DNA of 64,000 nucleotides from Alphaproteobacteria bacterium (GTDB lineage Bacteria; Pseudomonadota; Alphaproteobacteria; MPNO01): NCBI GenBank assembly GCA_965248835.1, contig CBDFLJ010000001.1, positions 1,248,001 to 1,312,000 of the forward strand, read 5' to 3'. Shown piece by piece: positions 50,732 to 60,300 of this stretch (position 1 is its first letter; each line of letters starts with the position of its first letter). The notes under the pieces were generated by a model. It saw only the letters and a program-made list of their open reading frames with translations, ran no database searches and was not told where the DNA came from. The position numbers and the translations under genes were made by a program.

Positions 50732-52810
50732 CTAAGTGTTCATCCGCAAGTCTTCTAGGAACTCCGACGCCGGCTCCACGCCGGTCACCAGAAGGTGGTC
50801 CCGGGCGCGTGTGCAGGCCACATAGAGAAGGTACCGCTCGGTCTCGTAGGTATCCGTAAGGTCGGCTTCGTCGGCAATGCTCTCGATCCTGGATTGCAAC
50901 GGCAGTATCTCGTCGTCGCACGCCGCGACTGCGACGGCGCGGAACTCCAGGCCCTTGGCGAGGTGCATCGTCCCGACCGCGACGCTGCCGGATACGGAGT
51001 CCGAGCGTTCGTCCAATGCGGCCATGGACATCCCGGCGGCGCGGACGGCCTTGCCGGCCCGCTCAATCTCGGCCTCGGACCGCACGAACACGCCGATCTC
51101 ATGCGGCAGGCAGCCGTCATCCCGCCGCGCGGCGAGCCACTCGGCGATCACCGCACACTCCTCATCCGGCGATTCGAGAATTCTGACGCTCGGCTCTGGT
51201 CCGTTGAACACCGAGACCGTGCCGCCGCGCCGCTCAGCGATGCCGTCGACGTCGGCGAGCTCGCTTGGCAGAAGTCGATCTGCCTGTCGTCGGATCTGAT
51301 GGGAGGTCCGGTAGTTGATGCGCAAAGTATGGGAGCGCCCGCGCACGTCCACGCCCAACGCCCGCCACGAGAACGGCGTCTGGAAGATTCGTTGGCCCAA
51401 ATCGCCGGCGAAGAACAGACAGCCGGACCGGTCGCTCCCAAGGGCCGCGAGAAAGCGGAGCTCCGGCACGCCGATGTCCTGCGCTTCGTCGATGACGCAG
51501 AAATCGAAAGGCGGATGCTGCGCCGCCGCGAAGTGCCGTTCCAGGCGGCGGAACAGGCCGGGCTCGGTGAGGAGGCCCTGGTCGTCGAGGGCGGCGCGCA
51601 GCTTGGAAAAGATCGACCAGAGCACGGCGCGCTGCGGTTCGGCCAGGCGCGTCTTTCGGCCGAGCCGCGCGACGTCGCGATAGTCTTCCCAGCTCTCAAG
51701 CTGCCAAGCGTCGACGACTTTGCTCCATTCCGTCCAGAGGAAGGGTGGGCTGAACCTATGCCATTCCACGTCCGCCGCCACCCGGGCGAGCAGCTCTCGG
51801 ACCTGATCGTCGGCCGCCAGATTAGGTCGGCCGAAATTCACTTCGTAGAGGCGGCGGCCGATCCCGCTCATCGAGTGCACTTCGAGGCGTTCGCCGATGT
51901 TTGGCTGGTTGCCGATCAGGCGTCTCAGCTTCACGCGCAACGCATTCGCGAGCGGATCGGAAAAGGTGGCGAGGAGAACCCGCGCGTCTGGATGCACCTG
52001 GGCGAGGTGGACGGCCCGATGAAGGGCGACGATCGTCTTTCCGGTGCCCGCCGATCCCGAGACCCGGGCCGCGCCGCCGAAGTCGCGCTCGACGATCCGG
52101 CGCTGCGCCGGGTGAAGGAAGACGGTCCACTTCTCCCACGGATAGTCGAGCGCGCGTTCCAGCTCTTCCGCATTCGCCATAACGCGGAATCGGCGTTGCG
52201 CGTCCGGATGGGCGAACGGGTCCGCGTCGGCGCCCGCTTGCAACGGCCGATCCGGAACGCCGCCTGTTGCAAGCTCCAGCAGCGCCTCGGCCGCCTCAGC
52301 CGGCAGGCGGTCGGTGATGTCGAAGAGGGTGTCTTCGGTGGCCTGCTTTACGTCATCGAGCCATTCCGAGGGCACTCCGTAGTCCAACAGCTCGTCATCG
52401 GTGACCTGTGGGAACAATAGGGGCTTTTGCGGTACAGGATCGGCGGCCTCCACGGGCCTTGGAATTCTGATCTCCTCAACCGTCTCCCGCACTTCGATGA
52501 GCTGGGCAGCGCCGGTTGTCGGATGCCGCTCGATCTTGCGCCGTTCGGTCCAGCGGTAGGCGTCGTCGTGATGGTCGACGTAGCACAGGAGGAGGCTTGA
52601 CGCGGTCCGATGAACGATCAGCCGGATGTCCCGGTTCACGCGAACCGACCAGAAATTCGGGTCTCTGGCGCGATCGACCTTATGGAACTGCAAGCCCGGA
52701 TTTGCGGGATCGAGCTGAAGGTCGAAGGCCGTGGTCTTGGCCGCCTTCTGTTCCTGTCCCGTCAGCTTGGTGAGGCTGTCGGTGAAGGTATCGGCAATGC
52801 GGAATTCCAT
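50732..52810 (-). CDS. UvrD/SF1 3'-5' helicase with N-terminal RelE-like domain
   Basis: N-terminal GLQFHKV...FWSVRVNRDIRLIV..YVDHHDDAY; GSAGTGKT, IDEAQD, GDLGQRIF, NYRTS, TMHLAKGLEF and LYVACTRAR. Confidence 0.88.
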   Translation of the reverse strand: MEFRIADTFTDSLTKLTGQEQKAAKTTAFDLQLDPANPGLQFHKVDRARDPNFWSVRVNRDIRLIVHRTASSLLLCYVDHHDDAYRWTERRKIERHPTTGAAQLIEVRETVEEIRIPRPVEAADPVPQKPLLFPQVTDDELLDYGVPSEWLDDVKQATEDTLFDITDRLPAEAAEALLELATGGVPDRPLQAGADADPFAHPDAQRRFRVMANAEELERALDYPWEKWTVFLHPAQRRIVERDFGGAARVSGSAGTGKTIVALHRAVHLAQVHPDARVLLATFSDPLANALRVKLRRLIGNQPNIGERLEVHSMSGIGRRLYEVNFGRPNLAADDQVRELLARVAADVEWHRFSPPFLWTEWSKVVDAWQLESWEDYRDVARLGRKTRLAEPQRAVLWSIFSKLRAALDDQGLLTEPGLFRRLERHFAAAQHPPFDFCVIDEAQDIGVPELRFLAALGSDRSGCLFFAGDLGQRIFQTPFSWRALGVDVRGRSHTLRINYRTSHQIRRQADRLLPSELADVDGIAERRGGTVSVFNGPEPSVRILESPDEECAVIAEWLAARRDDGCLPHEIGVFVRSEAEIERAGKAVRAAGMSMAALDERSDSVSGSVAVGTMHLAKGLEFRAVAVAACDDEILPLQSRIESIADEADLTDTYETERYLLYVACTRARDHLLVTGVEPASEFLEDLRMNT

Positions 52811-52826
52811 TTCGACGATGCCGGCT

Positions 52827-53420
52827 TCACCGTTTTCGCGTTCCGTCGGCCCGCGGTGGGTGACCTTGGCCGGACCGCCAGCCGTCCGGAATCCGAGGCG
52901 GCAGGTCGATGCGGGACAAGTCCAACTCGTAGTCGGCGTAGAACGCCGGCAGCCGGCCGTGCTCCACCGCGCCCAGCATGGCGACGAACCAGCCGGCATA
53001 GGCATAGTCCATGCCGATGCCCTCGTAAGCCAGCCGCGTGAAACGATCGATAAACATCTGCGCCAACTTTCGCGGGCTTTTGCGCGGCGCATCCGCCCAA
53101 TCGAAGAAACAGGCGCGCTCGGCGGAACTGTAGCGGACCGTCTCTCCAAAGCATTCCCGAACCGACCATCCATCGCGACCGATGTTGCTGGCAGGCGTGA
53201 CGATGCAGCGCCAATGAACGCCCGACGGAGACCAGCCGGGCGATATCCGAATTCCCTGATGGCCCAACTTGTGCAGCTCGTGGATCATGGTGAGAAACCG
53301 GCGAACATGTCCGAGTGTACGTCGAACGGTTGAACTGCTTTCCCAGTCGATTGCCGGTTCGAAACGCGCCAACGGTGCGGCATTTGGCCCGTCGCCGGCG
53401 GCCCCGCTTGCCCGACCCAT
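52827..53420 (-). CDS. Uncharacterised protein between mod and helicase
   Basis: Fills the gap in the co-oriented operon; globular-looking, Trp/Gly-rich (MIHELHKLGHQGIRISPGWSPSGVHWRC...YAYAGWF). Confidence 0.7.
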   Translation of the reverse strand: MGRASGAAGDGPNAAPLARFEPAIDWESSSTVRRTLGHVRRFLTMIHELHKLGHQGIRISPGWSPSGVHWRCIVTPASNIGRDGWSVRECFGETVRYSSAERACFFDWADAPRKSPRKLAQMFIDRFTRLAYEGIGMDYAYAGWFVAMLGAVEHGRLPAFYADYELDLSRIDLPPRIPDGWRSGQGHPPRADGTRKR

Positions 53421-53446
53421 CGTCTCAATCCCTTGCTGTGTCTGCC

Positions 53447-56251
53447 TTAGACTCGGAACACCTTCATAACCTCGTCGCCGAGGTGGTTGATGACCTTGAC
53501 GGCGATGCGGCCGGATTGCGGGCGGTCGAAGGGGCGGGAGGTGTCGCTGTTGAGCGTCGCCCAGGCGTCCGCGTCGATCTCGGCCTTTAATGTGGTCTTG
53601 AGCGACTTGTAGGGATCGTTCGCGCCGAGGAAATAGGCGTGGCGGACGAAGAAGCTCTCTTCGTTGTAGTCGGTGTCGATGAACCAGCAGGCGATGCCGT
53701 CGGCGCCGTCGCTCCGCACCTCGCCGGTGTTGGGGTGGAAGACGTCGACACCGTTGATCTTCACCCGGATCTTTCCGTCGTCGGCATCCAGGATGTCGAT
53801 ATCGGGCTCGCCGAAGATGACGAACAGATTGCCCTTGCCGGTGTTCTTGAGATCGCCGGCCATGTGCAGATCGGCGTTCATGCGCGCCTTGAGGACCGGA
53901 ATGCGGCCGAGCTTCTCGAACTCGGCGGAGTGGGCGTCGTAGCTGAAGGCGCAGGCGATCAGCACGTCGAAGCCGGCATCGGCGGCCTCGCGCGCTGCGG
54001 CGACGAGGTCCGGGCGCGAGACCGTGCCGAACTCGGGGCCGACGAAGACCGCGGCGCGGCGCTCGATGCCGGTATCCCCATCGCCCTCCACGTATCGCCC
54101 ATCTGCGCAGACGTAGTCGCCGGGCCAAGGCGCAAGCGCGGAGAAGGCGATGCGGTCTTCCTTGTGCGCCTGCTGCACGCCGGCCAGGGCCAGGTGCTCC
54201 AGGACCATGGCGGCGAAGTCCTGCGACTCGCCGTATCCGAGCTTCTTGTCGGCGAGCTGACTGAAGATCTCGTCGTTCTCGTCGACAGCCAGCATCCGGT
54301 GGGGCGCCAGGCTCTCGACCGTGAACGGGCCGGCGACGCGGATGCGGGAATTGTCGCTATACGGCTTGTCGTAGAGATACTCGTAATCGGCCTTGGCGGC
54401 GATGGAGGCGTCGATCTCCTTCTGGCGGGCGATGCGCGCCGCCCACCAATCGCGATGAGCCTCTTTCGCCTCGCCCGCCCAATCTTCTGCCGCGTCGCGT
54501 GGAATCTGCCACTCCTCCCAGCTCTCTCCGAGCGCCGCATTGAGCCGCGCGCGGAGCGGTTCCAGCGTTTCCTGGTGCTTCTCCCAGATCACGTCGATCT
54601 CGGCGTTGTTGGCGATGGACTTCAACGTGACATGCGGCACCCTCTCGTAGACAAAGCCTTGCCTGATATCGCCGTGTGTCGGCGCCTCGGACGGCGCCCT
54701 GCGACTGATCCCAGCTTCCTTCCGCTGACCCTCCGGGCTGTCGGCCAGCAAATACCACGGATAGCGCGCGCCCATGACGCGGGCGCGGGCGAGCGCAAGG
54801 GCGACGCGGGACGTGTCGATGGTGATCCAGCGCCGGCCCCAGTGTTCGGCGGCATAGGCGGTTGTGCCAGATCCGCAGGTGGGGTCGAGGACGAGATCAC
54901 CAGGATCGGTGGTCATCAGCATGCAGCGCTCAACGATTTTCGAGTTAGTTTGAACTACGAAAATCTTGTCGTCTGTGAAGTTGCCAGTTCCAGTATCCGT
55001 CCAGATATTGCCATGAACGCCTGCGTCAAAGTCACTATGGTACCGAACATATCGGATCGAGTTTTCTGCACCGTGTATTCGGCCAGCTTTCAGTAGCCTG
55101 TCCATTCCGGTGGGATAATTGGCCTTCCAGTGAGAATTCTTATCCCAAGCATCGTAGGACCTCCCACGAAATAAGAACGGTTGTCGCACTTTGGCTCGTC
55201 CCTGTGAAATAATATTGTCTGGATTGTAAGGCGTGGCACCTTCCGGGATCGCCGCTTGCCCTCTTTTTTCGGCAGCAGTGACACCCCGGCAAGTGGAGTC
55301 CCCAAGCATTAGCCACCGGGCATTGCCATCACCGAGCCTGAATTCTTTACGATAAAGAGGAGATCGCGATTTTCCCCTGGTTTTGTCCTTCATATACCAA
55401 AGAACAAAGTCAGAAACATTGCCCAGGTATTCGGTCTGAAATCCTGTTGTTGTTTGGATTGAAATGAGGCTTGTGAAGTTGTCTTCACCAAACACTTCGT
55501 CCATCAGCGCCCGTACGCGGTGGACGTTCTCATCTCCGATCTGCACAAAAACTGAGCCGCTCTCCGTCAGCAAATCCCGCGCTACCGTGAGACGATCCCG
55601 CAGATACGTCAGATACGAGTGAATCCCATCCCGCCACGTGTCACGGAACGCCTTCACCTGCTCCGGTTCCCGCGTAATGTGCGCGGCGTTGCCGTCCTTC
55701 ACGTCCCGACTGGTCGTCGACCACTGGAAGTTCGAGTTGAACTTTATGCCGTAGGGCGGGTCGATATAGATGCACTGGACCTTGCCGCGCAGGCCCTCGC
55801 GCTCGGCCAGGCTCGCCATCACCTGCAAGCTGTCGCCCAGGATCATCCGGTTCGACCAGTTGGCGTCGTGTTGATAGAACTCGGTTTTGGCGTCCTCGCT
55901 AGGCAGGCCGTTGAAATCGTCGAACAAAGCCGGCGGCTCGGGCGCGTCCTGCTCCGCCCGCGCTTTCGACTCCTTCAGCAGGTCGTCGATCAGCACCTTG
56001 GGGTGAACTTTCTCCTGGATGTAGAGCGGCGGAGCCTGGACCACGAGGTCGGACCAGTCCCGCACGTCCTTGCCGCGCCAGACGAGCTGCGGGTCGAGAT
56101 CGCGGTTGCGGCGCTCATAAGCGACCTGAATCGGCGCTTTGTCTTCATCCGGCAGGACCGAGTGATACTCTGCCGTCGGGATGTTGCGCCGCGACGCTTC
56201 GTCGTGAACGAGTGTCTCGACGGATTTGGGTTTTCTGGGCGTTCGCGCCAT
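53447..56251 (-). CDS. Site-specific DNA methyltransferase, type III Mod-like (beta class, long C-terminal domain)
   Basis: Catalytic IDPPY precedes SAM-binding LDPTCGSGTT with a variable region between them. Confidence 0.92.
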   Translation of the reverse strand: MARTPRKPKSVETLVHDEASRRNIPTAEYHSVLPDEDKAPIQVAYERRNRDLDPQLVWRGKDVRDWSDLVVQAPPLYIQEKVHPKVLIDDLLKESKARAEQDAPEPPALFDDFNGLPSEDAKTEFYQHDANWSNRMILGDSLQVMASLAEREGLRGKVQCIYIDPPYGIKFNSNFQWSTTSRDVKDGNAAHITREPEQVKAFRDTWRDGIHSYLTYLRDRLTVARDLLTESGSVFVQIGDENVHRVRALMDEVFGEDNFTSLISIQTTTGFQTEYLGNVSDFVLWYMKDKTRGKSRSPLYRKEFRLGDGNARWLMLGDSTCRGVTAAEKRGQAAIPEGATPYNPDNIISQGRAKVRQPFLFRGRSYDAWDKNSHWKANYPTGMDRLLKAGRIHGAENSIRYVRYHSDFDAGVHGNIWTDTGTGNFTDDKIFVVQTNSKIVERCMLMTTDPGDLVLDPTCGSGTTAYAAEHWGRRWITIDTSRVALALARARVMGARYPWYLLADSPEGQRKEAGISRRAPSEAPTHGDIRQGFVYERVPHVTLKSIANNAEIDVIWEKHQETLEPLRARLNAALGESWEEWQIPRDAAEDWAGEAKEAHRDWWAARIARQKEIDASIAAKADYEYLYDKPYSDNSRIRVAGPFTVESLAPHRMLAVDENDEIFSQLADKKLGYGESQDFAAMVLEHLALAGVQQAHKEDRIAFSALAPWPGDYVCADGRYVEGDGDTGIERRAAVFVGPEFGTVSRPDLVAAAREAADAGFDVLIACAFSYDAHSAEFEKLGRIPVLKARMNADLHMAGDLKNTGKGNLFVIFGEPDIDILDADDGKIRVKINGVDVFHPNTGEVRSDGADGIACWFIDTDYNEESFFVRHAYFLGANDPYKSLKTTLKAEIDADAWATLNSDTSRPFDRPQSGRIAVKVINHLGDEVMKVFRV

Positions 56252-56273
56252 GGATCAGCGCCTCGTTTCTGGC

Positions 56274-56479
56274 CTACAGTTCGGATTCATGGATGTCCGC
56301 CAGCTTCATGAGATACCTCTGCAAGCCGCGCTTGAGCAACGCGCTGCCGTGGACCGGTACCGAAATGCGAATATCCGACCCCACTTTCGCGTAGATACGG
56401 TGACTGCCCCGCGTGCGCATCAGTTCCAGCCTCGCGCTTCCAGCACGCGACAAAATCGTTTTCCGCTGACCGTTTTCAC
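56274..56479 (-). pseudogene. hicA: HicA toxin, frameshifted
   Basis: GTG overlapping the hicB stop: VKTVSGKRFCRVLEARGW then a 1-nt deletion (~56426); ELMRTRGSHRIY...VPVHG..LKRGL continues in another frame. Confidence 0.8.
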
Positions 56480-56682
56480 ACGGCGATCTCGACCACCCTG
56501 CCGGCACCCGACGTGCCAACCTCGACGACATCCACCGAGAGGCACCCCTCGACCGCCTCATAGAGGTTTCTCAGCAGTTCCTCGAACGATTCTCCCTGCG
56601 TCGCGCATCCGGGGATAGCCGGCACTTCGGCCCAATACCCCCCTTCTTCCGCCTCGTGAACGACCACCTTCAATTTCATCAT
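56476..56682 (-). CDS. hicB: HicB-like antitoxin (short, no DNA-binding domain)
   Basis: RBS AGGAGG; EEGGYWAEVPAIPGCATQGESFEE..NLYEAV. Confidence 0.88.
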   Translation of the reverse strand: MMKLKVVVHEAEEGGYWAEVPAIPGCATQGESFEELLRNLYEAVEGCLSVDVVEVGTSGAGRVVEIAV

Positions 56683-56714
56683 CTCCTCCTGGTTCGGGTG
56701 TGCAGCGCCACGGA

Positions 56715-56923
56715 TCAACCGGCCCTGGTCGAGCGCAGGGGCAGCGCTTCGGTCTCCAGCGTCGACAGATCGAGGCGCCGTGACGCATGGTCGATATCGA
56801 AGCCGACCACGTCGGCGTCGAGGTCGACGTTCGGCCCGTCCGAGACTTCCGCGTTTCCGCACCCGGCCCGGCCTTGAACTCGACATAGAGGCTGTCGGTG
56901 TCGGGATAGTAATGCAGTTTCAT
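56715..56923 (-). pseudogene. DUF2283 antitoxin-like gene, frameshifted
   Basis: MKLHYYPDTDSLYVEFKAGPGAETR / EVSDGPNVDLDADVVGFDIDHASRRLDL in two frames (shift ~56849). Confidence 0.78.
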
Positions 56924-57023
56924 GATCGCTTCTTGCGAAAATCTTGAACGGTGGCGAGACCAACCGCACTCTGCGAAAGTTTCATCGGTGTCGTGATGCC
57001 TTTCTTCGTCATCGACGTTCCTC

Positions 57024-57395
57024 TTACGCGCTCGCAGAATAAGCCACCCCCAAGTCGTCCGCGACCCGCCTCAATCGCCGATCCCGTGTCCAGAGCGTCG
57101 TGCCGTCTCGACTGAGCACTGAACAGATGAGATGTGCATCGACAAAACCTATCCCGCGCCCCATCAGCTTCCTTGAATCGATCATCGATAGAACCTTTGC
57201 ATGGTCCAATTCTCCGATGGCAGGCAGGGCGTTCAATCTTCGTAAGAGGTCCACCCGCTTGGGTAGATTTCCGCAGGCAAGCTCGCCGATGATCATCGCG
57301 TGCGTCAGCACGTCGCCGGCATGCAGGAGCTTGGGAAGTTCGGAGTCCGCGCTGCGCAAATGGTCGATCCACACCGAAGTGTCCACAAGGATCAT
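57024..57395 (-). CDS. vapC: VapC PIN-domain toxin (VapC32-like), intact
   Basis: MILVDTSVWIDHL, IIGELACG, GRGIGFVDAHL and LWTRDRRL: the acidic PIN active-site residues are present. Confidence 0.92.
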   Translation of the reverse strand: MILVDTSVWIDHLRSADSELPKLLHAGDVLTHAMIIGELACGNLPKRVDLLRRLNALPAIGELDHAKVLSMIDSRKLMGRGIGFVDAHLICSVLSRDGTTLWTRDRRLRRVADDLGVAYSASA

Positions 57396-60300
57396 TCCGT
57401 GATTTCACTCTGTCGGCGTGGGATATATTCGAGATTCGGGGCGCTGCCGCCGGCCTGGGCCAGCCACTCGGCTGCATCGAGTTCGGCCGTCGAGCGGAAG
57501 CGTTCGATAATACCGTCAAATTCAGCTTCTACCTTGGCCGCGAAGTCGTGTTCCATGGCGTAGACGTCTCGGAACTCGGCAAAAGCCCAGCGCCCGTACG
57601 CACCGAGCCGATTCACGCCGGGCACCCAGTAGGTGTCCATGGTTGCTTTCTTGTCTTTCGCGTCCTCGCCTCGATACCCCTTGATCTCGACGATCAGGTG
57701 CAGCGGGTCGTCGTCCCCGTGCCCATCGTCCACCAGCACGATGAAATCCGGGATGTAGGTGTGCGCCGAGGAACCGTGGCGGTAGGGCACCTCCAGGCCG
57801 AGACCCTGGTTCTTGACATAGGCATGAACCCGGGGGTGCGCTTCGGCGACGCGGCAGAACTCCGCTTCCCAGTCGCCGTCGCAGACCACCCAGTTGACGT
57901 GGCAGCGGCGTGGGTCGGTTTCCCAAAGTGTCTTCTTCGAGGTCGTGAAGCGGACATGGATCGTTGAGCCGGCCGGGTTGTAGGGGTCGAGAACGGCCTT
58001 GACCGGACGTTCGTCCACATGCGCCTCGACGATGCCGTTCGTGATGCGCTCGCAGGCCATGTCGGCGAGTTCCTGATATATGAGCTGCGCCGGGTAGGTC
58101 CCGCCCTTGCAGACGAGATGGTTGTCCAGCCATCGGCGCGTGATCCGCTTGAGCTGGCCGAAGAGGAAGAGCTTCGGCTCCTCGCCGGGATCTCGCCACT
58201 TCGTCTCTATCAGTCTTTTCGTGAGATGAAACAGGAGCGTCGAGACACGCAAGTCACCGAGGTGTTCGAGGCTCAAATTCACTCCCTCTCCGATGATTCC
58301 TTCGTTGCGGGTGATCGAAGGGCCGACGATCTCCGGGGTGAGCTCCAAGGTCGAATCGTCGTCGAACCTGGCCTGTAGGCGCTTCTCGGGCAACTCGATG
58401 CGGTAACCCGCGACACGCGGGAAGTGGATCTCGCATGCGTCGCGGTCCGGGCTCATTGCCTTGACCTGCACGATCGGGCGCGGCGGCTGCGGCGGTGCGA
58501 CGACCGGCTTGGCCGTGAAGTCGAACGGGATGCCGAGCACGTCGGCATATTCCACGTCCATGCGGCCTTCTTCGTTCAGGTCGTAGGATTGCCGCCGCAG
58601 CGCCCGGCCGACCACCTGCTCACAGAGAAGTTGCGTGCCGAAGGCGCGCACGCCAAGGACATGGGTGACGGTGTTAGCATCCCAGCCTTCCGTCAGCATC
58701 GAAACTGAGACGACGCAGCGGGTTGCACCGCCGAGCCTGCCCACCTTGCCGACGGTGTTCATCACCTCGCGCAGCAGATCCTGGTCGGACAGGTTCTCGG
58801 CCTGTTGGCGGTCGCCCGTGCGCTCGACGATCTCGCGGCGGAAGCGGTCGATCTCGTCCACGGCCATGCTGCGGAAGTTCCTGTCGAGAGCCTGCCCGGA
58901 TTCGAGCTGCTCGCTGTCGATGAGCAGAGTGTGCGGGCGGGCGAGCGGATTGCCGTGCTCGTCGAAGTTCCGGAACAGTTCGAGGCGGCCGCTCTCCAAG
59001 GTCGTGGAACCGTCGGGGTTCTCGCGGACGAAGCCGGAGATGTAGTCGTAGACCACCTTCGACGTCGACGTGTTGTTGCACACCACAATGAAGCAGGGCG
59101 GGACATCGATGTCCGCGTCTTTCCACAACTCGAACGTCTTCGCGTAATGCCCGTAGAGGGCTTCCATCGCCGTCTGGAGCGTGATCGGGATCTTGAGGGG
59201 GTCGAGGTTGGGTGCCTTGCCGCGACCCTTCTTCGGCATCTCCTTGCCGATGTGATCCCACAGGTTCCGAAATTTCGGCATGTCGCCGCCCGGGATATTG
59301 TCGGCTACCGGCACTCGGGGCAGCTTGACGATCCCGCATTCGATCGCGTCCATTAGCGAGAAATCGCACATGGTCCAGGGGAACAGCGTTCCTTCGGCGT
59401 AGCCCGAACCGCGCAGGAAGAACGGCGTCGCCGAGAGATCGATCACACGATTGAGGCCGAGCTTCCGGCCGACCGCCTCCAGCCCTGATATCCAGAGCCG
59501 GGCCGCTTCCCGGTTCTTCTCGGCTTCCTTGCGGTCGTCGCCTTTCAGGTCCCCTTCGTCGTCCTCCCCCGGTTTCTCGCGGTAGCAATGATGCGCCTCG
59601 TCGTTCAGCACCATGACGTTCTTCATGCCCATAAGCTCGGGCATGACGCGCTGGAGCATCTGCCCGGTGGTCTCCACCGAGCTCAGCTCGGGACCTCTTC
59701 CTTGGAGAAGGGCGCGGCCTCCCTTCGAGACGGACATCGTCTCCCTGGGCTTGAAGGCGTGGAAGTTGGTGATGACGATCTTCGCCCGGTCCAGATCGCC
59801 CAGCATGTCGTCGGGAACCAGTTCCCGACTCTTGTAGTAGCTGTCCGGATCGTTGGGTTGCAGCACGCGGAGCCGGTCGCGGATCGTGAGCCCCGGGGTC
59901 ACTACGAGGAAGCCGCGCGTAAATCTTCGGCTGTTGGGACGGCGGACCGCATTGATCGTCTGCCAGGCGATCAGCATCGCCATGACGGTGGTCTTGCCGG
60001 TGCCGGTGGCGAGCTTCAGCGCCAGCCGGGCGAGATCCGGGTTCGCCTGCGCGTTCGCCGCACCCAGATGTTCGAGAAACCGCTTTCCGGCAGCTCCCAG
60101 ATTGGGCGCGACCTCGGTCAGCCAGATCACGGTCTCCACGGCTTCGACCTGGCAGAAGAAGGGGCGGAAACTGTTGAATTCGTGATGGCGCCAGTGCCGG
60201 AGCAAACGGGCTGTCTCGGGCGTCACCCGCCACTGGGCGGGATCCGGCAGCGCCCGCCAATCATCGACCGCGTGGCGCACGCTGTTGATGATCTCCATCA

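Noticed and set aside
52811-53173. 121-aa N-terminal extension of the helicase ORF in the track
   Set aside because: Overlaps the unknown gene in another frame; the recognisable protein starts at MEFRIAD (52810)
56274-56479. hicA frameshift as programmed ribosomal frameshifting
   Set aside because: No slippery heptamer at the shift site; mutation or sequencing error is simpler
56920-57519. 199-aa minus-strand ORF overlapping vapC
   Set aside because: Alternative frame over vapC and the res tail; only its last ~30 codons may be a fragment of deleted genes, too short to call
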